From Octopus bimaculoides (taxonomy: Eukaryota): DNA of 48,420 bases. The stretch covers positions 91,769,222-91,817,641 of the forward strand of contig NC_068984.1 of NCBI RefSeq assembly GCF_001194135.2, read 5' to 3'. The translations under genes were made by a program, and so were the position numbers. Under the pieces are notes generated by a model. It was not told where the DNA came from. It saw only the letters and a program-made list of their open reading frames with translations, and did no database searches. Of the stretch, positions 36,282 through 48,100 are shown piece after piece (the stretch's first letter is position 1; each line of letters starts with the position of its first letter).

Positions 36282-37549
36282 GTCCCGGATGATGATGCGT
36301 ACAATTACCTTGAGATCCTGGAGCTGGACAATATCTTGCACAAAGGAATGAAAGAAAAGGTCATCACGGCATATTTCAAGCGTCTCAAAATTCTATTGAA
36401 ATCAAAGCTACACTAAAGGAACCTTGTGACTTCCATCAACATATGGGCTGTTGCTGTAGTCCGCTATAGTGCACCCATCCCGAAATGGACACAAGCGGAG
36501 ATTGACCAACTTGATCGCACTACCCGAAAGACAGTGACAATGCATAGTGCCCTCCGCCCTAAGGCAAATGTACAGAGGCTCTACATGAAGAAAGGTAAGA
36601 ATGGACGTGGGCTGATTAGCGTACGGAAGTGCACCAACTGTGAAAGAAGAAAGATGGTAGAATATTTGGTAAACAGCAAACAAGACCTGCTACAGTATGC
36701 TGCTAGTGCAAAAGGATTTAACAAAAATGGACTTGAGAGTGCTCATGAATTCCAAGGAGAGAGAAGAAACCCTACTCCGTATGGAATTACACCATGAAAC
36801 CAACAAATTAAAAGACCAGGAAGCATCATGGAGGTGGCTCAAAAAGGGTGACCTAAAAAAGAATACTGAAAGCCTAATCATCGCGGCCCAGGGCCAGGAA
36901 TTGAATACCAACTCAATGAAAAAGAATATATACCACACAAGTGCAATGGACCTCTGCAGAATGTGTGGGAAGAGGGTCGAAAGCGTGACTCACGTTGTTA
37001 GTGCTTGTGAAAGTCTTGCACAGAAAGAGTACAAGCGTAGACACGACTGGGTAGCCCAAAATCTCCACTGGCTACTATGCCGTAAGTATGGATATGACGT
37101 TGCGAGTGCTTGGTACCAATATACACTGGAAAAGGTAATGGACGAAAAGGGGAAAGCAAAATTCCTCTGGGACTTTGATTTCCAGACAGACAAAGTGTTA
37201 GAGCACCGAAGGCCGGATATAGTAAACTTTAGGAGGGACAAACAAGTGTGCCTAATAATCGATGTAGCAGTGCCAAGAGATTGACATATCATCATGAAAT
37301 AAAGAAAAAAACTGATAGATATGGAAACCTGAGAATTGAGATCGCTGAGATGTGGCAGCTACAAGAGTCGAACATAAAGGTTATCCCTATTGTCATTGGA
37401 GCACTGGGTTCAATACCACCCAATCTGAAAAAGCATCTGAAAACCTTAGAAATATCCTACAATCTAGATGTATTGCAAAAGTCGGCATCACTTAGAACTG
37501 CATGCATTTTTGCGTAAAGTTCTGTCTGTTTGAGGTCCTTGTTGTGACT
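36282..37549 (+). mobile_element. 5'-truncated R4/Dong-type non-LTR retrotransposon (RT thumb, CCHC finger, restriction-like endonuclease)
   Basis: YNYLEIL, INIWAVAVVRYS, LYMKK...GRGLIS, CRMCGKRVESVTHVVSAC, RRPDIV, IIDVAVP, VIPIVIGALG. Confidence 0.88.
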
Positions 37550-37666
37550 TCACAAATCTACTCGCAAGGACTTGGTCGGCCCGAAGCTACAGTAGGAAAC
37601 ACTTGCCCAAGACGCAACGCGGTTGCGATTAGGAAGCAAGCTTCTTGCCACGCAGCCACGCCTGCG

Positions 37667-37713
<47 letters not shown>

Positions 37714-38010
37714 CAACCCCACGTCTTATTCTTTGTAAGCCTAATACTTATTCTATCGGTATCTTTTGCCGAACCACTGTTACGGGAACATAAACACGCC
37801 AACACTGGTTGTCAAGGGATGGTGGGTGGACAAACACAGACACACAGATACACACATACATACATACGACAGGTTTCTTTCCGTCACAAGGCTTTGGTCG
37901 GCCTGAGGCTATAGTAGAAGATATATGCCCAAAGTAACACGTAGTGCGACTGAACTCTGAACCATGTGGTTGGGAATCAAGCTTCTAACCACACAGCTAC
38001 TCCTGCGCCT
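37550..38010 (-). mobile_element. Two tRNA-derived SINE copies (37550-37660 partial; 37710-38010 near full length)
   Basis: Heads aggcgcagg(c/a)gt(g/a)gctg; body shared with other copies. Confidence 0.8.
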
Positions 38011-38146
38011 ATACATATACTATATAAACGTCACTAAAGTGATTAAGGGTGCAAATCAGCACCAGCATAGCTAGAAATAAGAGTCAAAACAAATCTTAGC
38101 CACGGGCAAGCACTTATCTATTGACTGACAGGGGAGAGCAAGCCAG

Positions 38147-38200
38147 GAATGTCAAATCATCGGCGATTTCGGATTGAGTCAATCCTCATCAGTGACACTC
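38147..38200 (-). ncRNA. Type I hammerhead ribozyme, intact core
   Basis: GAGTGTCA CTGATGA GGATTG-ACT-CAATCC GAAA TCG-CCGA-TGAT T TGACATTC: 8-bp stem I, 6-bp stem II, 4-bp stem III, full core, AUU cleavage triplet. Confidence 0.88.
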
Positions 38201-38397
38201 ACTCCGTTGCCTAGGGTTGAATGGAACTCACCTTGTCAGTAACGTTTGTACTTGTGCCTTTTGGTTTTTAAATTGTGGATAGGCACCTTAATAATTTATA
38301 ATTTTCACTTTAACAATTTACCGAATCAGCAAATGATTCTTGTGGTATTTGCTACAAACTGTCAAGGTGAGTTCCATCCAGCCCTAGGTAACGGCGT

Positions 38398-38451
38398 AAG
38401 TGTCACTAATGAGGAGTAACTCAGTCCGAAATCATCGATGATTTGACACTT
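38398..38451 (+). ncRNA. Type I hammerhead ribozyme, probably inactive (G5A, weakened stem II)
   Basis: AAGTGTCA CTAATGA GGAGTAACTCAGTCC GAAA TCA-TCGA-TGAT T TGACACTT. Confidence 0.75.
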
Positions 38452-38929
38452 CTCACTTGCTGTAGGGAGGTTAGTCCCCCTTGTCAGTCAATGGGTAAGT
38501 GCTTGTCCGTGGCTGAGGGTTGTTTTGACGCTTATTTCTAGAAATACTGGGGCTGATTTGTATCTTTAGTCACTTTAGTGACGTTTGTACTTGTACCTTT
38601 TAGTTTTTAAATTGCAACACAGGATTTGTTTTACAGAATTAAGGAGTATATTAGAGTCATAATAATAATGATATTATACAATTTTGTACAAAATAAGATT
38701 TTGTTCTTTCAACATAATTAAAGTAAGAACCGGTTTCACATTGCTCATCAAGCTAAGGGTTGAAAAATAGAGAAGATATACTCTAGGGGAGAAGATATAC
38801 TACTAGGGGAAATAATTGTTCACTCATTCATTTTACAGTAAAGGGGAGGTAAATCTGTAATTTTTATTTTTGGTCTGTATTTTATTCTGGTTTATATCTT
38901 ACAATAGAAGGGGTAAGTCTTTTATAAGG

Positions 38930-40060
38930 GTTCATATTTAATTGTGGTTTATATTTTTGGACAGATGAGACTACTTTATTCAGTCTTACTTGTGTTGAGG
39001 TCCAGAAAGTTGATAAAACGGGAAAATTATGAATTGTGGTTGTAATCGTTCTGCACATTCGTCAATGTGTTGACTGAATAATATTTGGCGATATTGTGGT
39101 GAGGATATTTGTTGTCTGTGGACCGTACATCGCTGTCTGATCGACATTCCTGTCGAACCAATATAGTATCGATGGTAGCTTGAGCATCTGATTACGTAAA
39201 TAAGGTGTTGGGAGGTGCAAATGAAGTTAGATTTGATTTTAGATATTTGTCCTTGTCTGAAATGGAATTCTGATTCTTTTAACAGACCGAGACATATTCC
39301 GCAATTGGGGCGACCACACTTTTCAACTCTTGCGTCCGTTGGCATTTGTGAGGATCCTCTTTAATGCCTTAGGTTGTTTGCTGCTCTTAATGATTTTATG
39401 GTTACGTAGAATTTCCTTAAGTTTGGGGTCCTTATGGAGCACTGGGAGACTTTGGACGATGATATTAAATGCTTCTTTGTTTCTGGGGTTGTATGTGGAG
39501 ACATAAGGTAGTGTTTTGGGGTAGGTGTGTTGTTGTGTTTGGCTTTTCTTAATACTTTAATATAAATCAATTTGGCACGTTTTTTTCCTCCATTTATGAG
39601 TTGAGTACGTTCTTAAGTTCTTACAATCTCCTGGAGTACGTTCTTAAGTTCTTACAATCTTAGTTCTCTGATATTTTTTCGGATACTATGGTGCAAATCC
39701 TTCATGCAAGGTTGACTGGGATATTTGTTTTGACATGTCTCGGGCGACATGAGCTAAATGATAGATATTGCTTAGCGTCTGTCGTCTTGTAAAAAATGTG
39801 CGTTTCTGTATTTTCGTTTATTTTTAATCAGTATGACTAGAAATGGGAGTTCCTCGTAGTTATACTCCATTGTGAATTGTATGTTGGCGTTAATGCTATT
39901 GAGGAGACCTTTGAATTTCAGGAGCTTATCTATGTTTTCATTCCAGGAGATGGAGCAGTCGTCCAAAAATCTTTTCCAATTTTCTTTTATGTATTGGGAG
40001 AGAGGGTTTTCTGTATATATCCAACAACGTATGTTCCCCCACTAGAATATTTTCTACCTT
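38930..40060 (-). mobile_element. Penelope-like element (RT C-terminus and GIY-YIG endonuclease), disrupted
   Basis: MDDCSISW...LNSINANIQFTMEY..ELPFL; CGRPNCGIC...HLIYVIRC...YYIGSTGMSIRQRCTVHRQQI. Confidence 0.88.
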
Positions 40061-40744
40061 ATATATATATAATTAATCCAATAATAGGATAAAATCTTTT
40101 ACAAGAATTTATCAAGTAGCCAGCGTGAAAAAACCTCATAAGGGAAAAATCATTTATTCCCCAAAATATATTTATTTATATAAGGGCATTACTATACATG
40201 AATGCCTCACGCTATGAGGGACTCTAAGGCCAAGCTACCATAATAAACACATTTTTACCGNNNNNNNNNNNNNNNNNNNNNNNNNNNNNNNNNNNNNNNN
40301 NNNNNNNNNNNNNNNNNNNNNNNNNNNNNNNNNNNNNNNNNNNNNNNNNNNNNNNNNNNNNNNNNNNNNNNNNNNNNNNNNNNNNNNNNNNNNNNNNNNN
40401 NNNNNNNNNNNNNNNNNNNNNNNNNNNNNNNNNNNNNNNNNNNNNNNNNNNNNNNNNNNNNNNNNNNNNNNNNNNNNNNNNNNNNNNNNNNNNNNNNNNN
40501 NNNNNNNNNNNNNNNNNNNNNNNNNNNNNNNNNNNNNNNNNNNNNNNNNNNNNNNNNNNNNNNNNNNNNNNNNNNNNNNNNNNNNNNNNNNNNNNNNNNN
40601 NNNNNNNNNNNNNNNNNNNNNNNNNNNNNNNNNNNNNNNNNNNNNNNNNNNNNNNNNNNNNNNNNNNNNNNNNNNNNNNNNNNNNNNNNNNNNNNNNNNN
40701 NNNNNNNNNNNNNNNATATATATATATATATATATATATACACC

Positions 40745-40925
40745 ACGTGGCTTAGTGGTTACTGTATTCGGTTCAGGGTCGTAAGGTCGTGAGTTCAATT
40801 CCCGGCGATGCGTTGTGTCCTTGTGCAAGACACTTTATTTCACGTTGCTCCAGTTCACTCAACTGGCAAAATGAGTAGTACCTGTATTTCAAATGGCCAG
40901 TCATGTCACACTCTGTATCACACTG
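40745..40925 (+). mobile_element. tRNA-derived SINE with Pol III A and B boxes
   Basis: TGGCTTAGTGG (A box), GTTCAATTCC (B box), then ttgtgtccttgtgcaagacactttat body. Confidence 0.8.
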
Positions 40926-40964
40926 AATACATACATATATGCATGTATGTATATTCTTCTATTC

Positions 40965-41150
40965 TTTTACTTGTTTCAGGCCATGCTGGAGCACCGCCTT
41001 TAATCGAGCAAATTTACCCCATGACTTATTCTTTGTAAGCCTAGTACTTATTCTATCGGGCACTTTTGCCGGACCGTTAAGTTACGGGGATGTAAGCACA
41101 CCAACATCAGTTGTCAAGCGATTGTGAGGGACAAACACAGACACACAAGC
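40965..41150 (-). mobile_element. SINE 3' part
   Basis: ggccatgctggagcaccgcc...gacttattctttgtaagcctagtacttattc. Confidence 0.75.
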
Positions 41151-41172
41151 ATGTACACACACACACAAGCAT

Positions 41173-41265
<93 letters not shown>

Positions 41266-41324
41266 CATATACTATATATAAGATATATATATTTATATAT
41301 CATCTCGCTCTCCCTCTCTCCCTC

Positions 41325-41357
<33 letters not shown>

Positions 41358-41370
41358 ATATATATATATA
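41150..41370. repeat. (CA)n, (TCTA)n and (TA)n microsatellites
   Basis: Direct inspection. Confidence 0.95.
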
Positions 41371-42175
41371 CAGGGTGCGTAAGGTGTTTGAGGACATAGC
41401 GTTTTGGGGTCATTGCTGCATTTTTTGCTAACTCTGTATAATTGTTGTTTCAGAAAGTAATAATGGCAGACCTCCAGTTTACTCAAGAAATGAAGAGGCA
41501 TGCTGTTATTGTGGTTATAAAGGCTGAGCATAGTGATTTAGAAATATCTCGATTTTTAAATGTTGTTAGATCTTTCTTCTACAAAGTTTGTAAGGAGCGA
41601 AGATGGAAACGTATCACCATATGAAGCATTCTAAACGCTCTGAAATCATCAGAGCTCCTGAATTTGTCCAGCAAGTTCAACAGACCGTTGATTACAATCC
41701 TGGGAAGTCCATGAGGTCAATTGAAAAAGAGCTGCATGTGTCAGAAGGAACAGTCAGAAATGTTGTCCACGAAGACATCATATATATGTCTTATATGATG
41801 ATGAGAAGTCAATTTGTCAGAAAACGCAAAAGAAAATCACTACATCAGATCTAAAAGGCTCTTAAACAAACTGAAAAATCCAGCAGAAGAAGATTTGATT
41901 TGGTTTTTCTCAAATGAGAAAAACTTCGGCCAAGATCAAAAAGTTAACAGAAGAAATGACAGTTGGTTATGTGCAGACCTTTGAAGTTCCAAGTGTTATG
42001 CGCACAAAATTTCCTGCAACTGTCATGGTTTTAGAGGTTGTCAGCAATGAAGGACATATGATGCCTCCTTACTTCTTTCCACAAGGCCTTAGAGTTAACA
42101 CTGCCGCCTACGTTGAGGTCCTGGAAATAATTGCTAAGCCCTCGATAGACAGTGTATGCAATGGAAGGCCGTCTC
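41371..42175 (+). mobile_element. maT-like transposon, 3'-truncated
   Basis: TA|CAGGGTG start; KRHAVIVVIKAEHSDLEISRFL, LIWFFSNEKNF, KFPATVMVLEVVSNEGHMMPP. Confidence 0.82.
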
Positions 42176-42375
42176 GCAAACGCTTCAGAACTGCCAAGTT
42201 AATAGTTTGACTAGGAGGAACACATTCTGTGTGGACAATTCCTTTCACATCGATGAAACAAACCAGCATCGTCTTGACATTGGACTTCACTTGGGGCGCA
42301 TTTTTGGGGCGTGGTGAGATCGAATGCTTCCATTGACTTGATTGCTGCTCCACTGTTTACTTGCCCGTATTCACC
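42176..42375 (-). mobile_element. mariner transposase fragment
   Basis: SPRPKNAPQVKSNVKTMLVCFIDVKGIVHTECVP...LKRLRD. Confidence 0.8.
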
Positions 42376-42789
42376 TAAGTCATGATAGAATCCTTAAGAA
42401 AATGCACAATGTTGTAAACGCATAGAATCGACCCCCCCCCAGCGTATCAAAAAACAAAAACAAAACAAAGCAAAACAATATTTAAAAGAATCAGGAACTG
42501 AGATTCATTCCTTTGAGAATTAACCTAATCTCCTCGAAAAACAATAGATAAGTTAATATCTATTGTTGTTAATACTTATTGTTGTGAGTTTCAGAAATCT
42601 AATTAGAAATACTTGTGACGAGAAAAAGTCAATAGCTAATATGAATTTAATCGTTTCAGCGCGTTCGAGGGACAGCGTTCGATATATTTCAGTCTTATTA
42701 GAATTCCTCAACAACGCATAATACTGTAATTTCCGAAGACATAATGAGATAACTACTGAGTAGACATATACTATTGTGCAAAGAGAGAT

Positions 42790-44288
42790 GTAGATTTACA
42801 TTCTGCTCAGGCAGGACAAGCCAAACCATGAAGTAAGTATCATAATATAAAATTATGTATCCAATACATAATTACGACAAACAGCACCCAAGCACTTATA
42901 GAGGAAGAACAGTTACTAACACTACAGACTCAAAATAACGAAGTATATACATATTACTACCAACCTCACCGGCCGTCCACCAGATTACATACATTCCAAA
43001 CACAGTTACGGGAAAACGTCAATGCAAATAAAATATACTGCTATGATATAGATAACATCAAAATTAAACTCCTTTTTTTACCCTAAACACTAATTAAGTT
43101 CACTAACTTCTCTTCAACACCCACGAAACTTCAAGTAAAACCATATGGTAAACGATCCCACCCCAATACCGACCACCTGCCGTCATCATTACAACGTAAA
43201 TAAGCAAAACGAAAACAACTGTAACACTTCAACTCAGCATCACGCATCTAAATAAGGAAATAGCAATCAAAAGAAAGAAATGAAGAGCTGACAAATATTT
43301 GCATCCAACATAAATCACAAAATAATCAGTAAAGCACTCTGCAAAAAGTTAACCGTATAAATAACTCTAACGCCACCCGGCACAGTAACAACTCGAAATA
43401 AGGTACTTACAGCAAACAAATTCTTTTTATTAGTTTTTTTCTTTAGAAAAACCACTCAAAGAAGACAGAAACACATGACTAAGACTATGGAAACCAATGC
43501 ACATAAAAAATTATCGAGACTTTAAACTAGAATATGATTTTCCTTTATCANNNNNNNNNNNNNNNNNNNNNNNNNNNNNNNNNNNNNNNNNNNNNNNNNN
43601 NNNNNNNNNNNNNNNNNNNNNNNNNNNNNNNNNNNNNNNNNNNNNNNNNNNNNNNNNNNNNNNNNNNNNNNNNNNNNNNNNNNNNNNNNNNNNNNNNNNN
43701 NNNNNNNNNNNNNNNNNNNNNNNNNNNNNNNNNNNNNNNNNNNNNNNNNNNNNNNNNNNNNNNNNNNNNNNNNNNNNNNNNNNNNNNNNNNNNNNNNNNN
43801 NNNNNNNNNNNNNNNNNNNNNNNNNNNNNNNNNNNNNNNNNNNNNNNNNNNNNNNNNNNNNNNNNNNNTGCACATAAAAAATTATCGAGACTTTAAACTA
43901 GAATATGATTTTCCTTTATCAGAAGCAAAGGAAATAAGAAAATTACAAAACTTAAACTCCCCAGACCCTAATAAAACTGCAAGTATACTTGTAAAGCAAT
44001 TAGGGTTTGAAAACAGTCACTGGATTCGCCAGTATCTATGCCTGTTGATGTCAACACTAACAAACACCCATAATTAAGAAACTGCTTAAAATCTCACGAA
44101 TTTGAATTTAAACAAAACCAATGAAAGGTAGCGTTAAACTAATAAATATACAATGAACACTCTCAATATACCTTAATAGATACAACGTTGATATCAATAA
44201 TTTCTGCATTCCTCTCTCTAAATCACAATTATTTTTCGGTTCTCTTTCCTCATATATCGTACTGCTTATGTACATCATATAACAGATT

Positions 44289-44351
<63 letters not shown>

Positions 44352-44402
44352 NNNNNNNNNNNNNNNNNNNNNNNNNNNNNNNNNNNNNNNNNNNNNNNNN
44401 NN

Positions 44403-44438
<36 letters not shown>

Positions 44439-45180
44439 AGAAAAAATACGCTAGCTCGCAAACAAGATCTCAGATCGTTAAACATGTACTATACGAGAAC
44501 GGTATATGAAGAATTTGCAATTTTTCAAATGGAACGTCTGAAAGGTCCGTATTACATTAATTCTCTATTTAACCTGTGCCTGATCGACTTTCCTACACTT
44601 CTACAGAACATATATACTACTCCAGTTCCATATTTATCGTTCAGAAAATTCATTCCCAAATAATAGACTTACAGAAGCAAATAAAAAATCTACGTCTCTC
44701 TTCTAATCAGCAAAGAATATCTCATACAACCGACCATCACATGTAAGCACACTATAAGCGCATGCACAACAGAAAATATACACACTAGGAGTTTCATGTA
44801 ACGCCTCTACCTCATACATAGAACGTAAACATACACAGTGCTAACAGGTACAACATTCGACCTATAGAAAGAAACAAAAATTATGGTATACAGACAACAC
44901 CTTAGATCCATCATAGATTATTTTGGCTTTGTTCGAATCTCCATCCTCTCCACAACAGACCACAATAAACTACAAAAATCACAAACAGCGCAGTTTGCAC
45001 TATGAAAGGTTACACGCAGACCATTCACACAGACGACTTATACAATGTAATTAAAATGCTGAAACTGAAAGACTACATGTGTATGGAAAGGGAACAGTTC
45101 GTTGTCCACCTATGTCTTACAAACCATTCAGTCACATCTATGAGTTTCCTGAAAACAATATCTCTACAATTCAATCTATT
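42790..45180 (+). mobile_element. Highly degraded I/Jockey-group LINE (APE and post-RT remnants)
   Basis: LTGTTFDL*KETKIMVYRQHLRSIIDY...KLQKSQ at about 44850-44990 resembles the post-RT LSGxxWG...YKxxIRSxIDY block; weaker APE-like remnants at 42790-43250. Confidence 0.55.
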
Positions 45181-45199
45181 GAAGGAATAAAACATGCAC

Positions 45200-45770
45200 G
45201 AACATGCTGCATCCCGTACGTCAGAATTTGTTGCATGGCTCTCATCAAAGCGGAAGTTTATGTCTATGGGTTTGCCCATTCAGAGTTGACATATTATGCT
45301 ACTCAAGACTTGCGGATACGTAGCTTAACTACTATCTCTGTTGATACGATGTTGCTCTTGAGGTACATGAAAGATTGATCAAGTTTCTAGCTAATGATGT
45401 GCCTAAACTCCAAATTGTGTCTGATGAATTTCGTTTTATAACATTAACATAGTAAACAATATTTCTTGCGGCATCTTTCAGACTGCTGGAGAAGTAATGA
45501 TAAATTGGGTAGCAACACCCTGTTCAGGATGCCTTGAAAGGGTCATGATCGCGTTCGTCGTCTTGCAAACACGTACGTCATTTAGTCAAGAGTTGACATT
45601 AGATGTCATTGAGAAAAACTATCACATGCTATGGAAGATATAGATAGGTGGAGGACAAAGCCATAAGAATCGGAGTAAGCTCGAGTAGATGATGATGAGG
45701 ACCATGATGATAACGAAGATGAAGATGACAATGATTATAATGATCTAGATGGAGTGAGAGACATAAACCG
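45200..45770 (+). mobile_element. Possible degraded hAT transposase C-terminus with acidic tail
   Basis: VATPCSGCLERVMIAFVVLQTRTSFSQELTLDVIEK resembles the hAT dimerisation motif PxSSxxxERxFS; followed by a D/E-rich run. Confidence 0.3.
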
Positions 45771-47119
45771 AAAGACGTCAGAACCAATCATGCTCACAGG
45801 GGCATAAGAAATGCAGACAGCTGTGCAAATTTATGGTGACTATTCATCGCATATCTCGTTTCGAAAGACTGTCAAAAGGATATATCTCACCAGGCGTAGT
45901 GACGTGGTAAATGAAATTTGGTATAAACTCTGCGAACACCAGGTTCGATGTGTACGTGCGGACTTGTGTAACGATGCTAAGTCGGCGCAAAATATTTTTT
46001 TAGTGTAAAAGGGCTGCGTGTACACCAAACTTGTACTGTCGTGTCCTTACACTATACTCAGGGTCAAGACAAAGCCAACACAACTAAACTTGTTTGAGAA
46101 TGCAGGATATTGCTAGAGTAGCTGAATGATCTTCAGACGTCGTAGTACTTCCTAATCTGGTGTATGTCTTGGCAATAAAATAGCGTTTCTGATTTTTACT
46201 CGGCATGATGTCTCCTAACCTAGCATGACAGTATGTTGCCAATTTAACTGCTGGCCTGCTGTTATTACCTTCAAAACTGAGGCGATCAAGGTTACTTATT
46301 TTTTCCATGCCTCATTTAATAAAATGCGTATATTCCACTCGCCATATCCACAAATTTAACATACATATGAACGTACTTTTGTATGGTTTTTGAGTTACTG
46401 AGTTCGTCAGTCCTTTGACAGGTTTTGTTTTTCATCCTGTAGAGCGTCCAAAATCACCTGCTCAATCGTATGAGTAGTGTCTCACATTAAGTCTCTTCAG
46501 CTGCATTTACCATTTGATTCTTATATCGTGTAATAAATGACCGGCCTTGACTGGCCTTGATCAATATGGTGATCCCATATTGATCAAACAGTTGAACGTT
46601 ATAATAATTGTGCTTCCCTTTCATTTATAAGAGTTTAATCTGCTAACCGATATGTGTTTCAGTGTCTGACTGTGGGCCATTAAAACCGTAGATTTTAACA
46701 TTGAGGAATTCCTTTGAGTTAGATCGAAAATGGTTAATACAATGACATTTATCTTATGAATGAACGTTTGATAGAACATTGAATTCCCATTCAATGAATA
46801 GTTTTAATTCCAGATCTGCTCCGGACCTATTCATAATTATGAATTAAGAGAGATCCTTGTGTGCATTAGCCATGGGAATAGGTGAAGATGAAATATGTAC
46901 ACCGGTAAAGAGACCAAGCTGATTGAAACAATCAGCTTTCTGCAATACAGAAAATGGATTACTGTGATTTCACACATGTGTGCACACTCACATACATGCA
47001 TTTGCATGTGTGTTTGTGTGCGCACACACAAATACACACATACACACTCATACACATATAGCTTAGCTACATGTCTTCATGTAAATGCGAATAAATTCAT
47101 ATACATAATCGTACATATA

Positions 47120-47571
47120 CGTGTGTGTGTGTATGTATGTATGTATGAATGAATGTATGTATGTATGTATGTATGTATGTATGTATGTATGTATGTATGT
47201 ATGTATGTGTGTGTGTGTGAGTGTGTATGTGCGTGCATGCGTGCTCGCAAGTATGAATTGCATGCCTGTGTGTATTGTGCGGAGTGTTTGTGTGGTATCC
47301 CGGGAGAAACCGTGAAAAAGAAATGGATAAATCAAAACATACCCAGAGGAAACAGAATGCTGCGACGAGTAGATATCGTGTCATCATTATTGCAGTGATG
47401 CGATATAATGTTATATTAATGACCAAATCATCAAACTTCTGAGTGATGTCTAATTTATAGTCCACGATGTTCACAACGTTCGCATACAACTAAAGCTGCT
47501 CTTTAAATACGAGAGTTTATATGTTGCGCATATTAGTAAAACTAATTGTATGTATGCAAGACTGTACACGC

Positions 47572-47639
<68 letters not shown>

Positions 47640-48100
47640 GTATGTATACATATGTATGTATGCTGTGTTTGTATATATAGGCTGTGTGTGTGTGTATGTG
47701 TCTGTGCATGCACGATTTCCTCATCACTTTCGTATATATGTATATGTATGAGTGTGCGGATACGTGTGTGGGTACGGGTTTAGGTAATGTGAGGGTACGT
47801 CAACTAAAACTATAATTACATTGGATAGTGTTGTTCGGCTGAACACCATAATTAGAAGCAGGAGGAAACATTTTGTCTCTGAAATTGTAGCAATATCTAC
47901 ATATAAAGATTATTGTTGTTGTCATTGCTGATATGTGTGCGCGTGCGTGCGTCTGTGTGTGTGTGTGTGTGTGTGTACAACTACATACGTTAAAACAATA
48001 TAAACACAGCTATACTTGAATATATACATACACACGTACATACACGCACACACACACACACACACACACTCATATATATATATATATATATATACATGTG
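47120..48100. repeat. Several (TATG)n, (TA)n, (TG)n and (CA)n microsatellite blocks interleaved with unique sequence
   Basis: Blocks at about 47120-47230, 47575-47710 and 47930-48100. Confidence 0.9.
47343..47387 (-). CDS. Candidate first coding exon (signal-peptide-like MMTRYLLVAAFCFLW)
   Basis: ataATG context, basic residue then hydrophobic run, TGG|GTATGT donor, TATAAA at 47454-47459; link to the VWA exon unproven. Confidence 0.35.

Larger units (their letters stand above)
38026..38586. repeat. Diverged inverted repeat pair (38026-38240 vs 38358-38586), each arm carrying a hammerhead
   Basis: Arm B actgtcaaggtgagttccatccagccctaggtaacgg...ctttagtgacgttt is the reverse complement of arm A with scattered mismatches. 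Confidence 0.9.

Noticed and set aside
40745-40810. tRNA gene
   Set aside because: A and B boxes are present but no cloverleaf, and it runs into a SINE body
43498-43921. 53-bp exact direct repeat on both sides of a gap
   Set aside because: Copies abut the N-run directly, typical of overlapping contig ends
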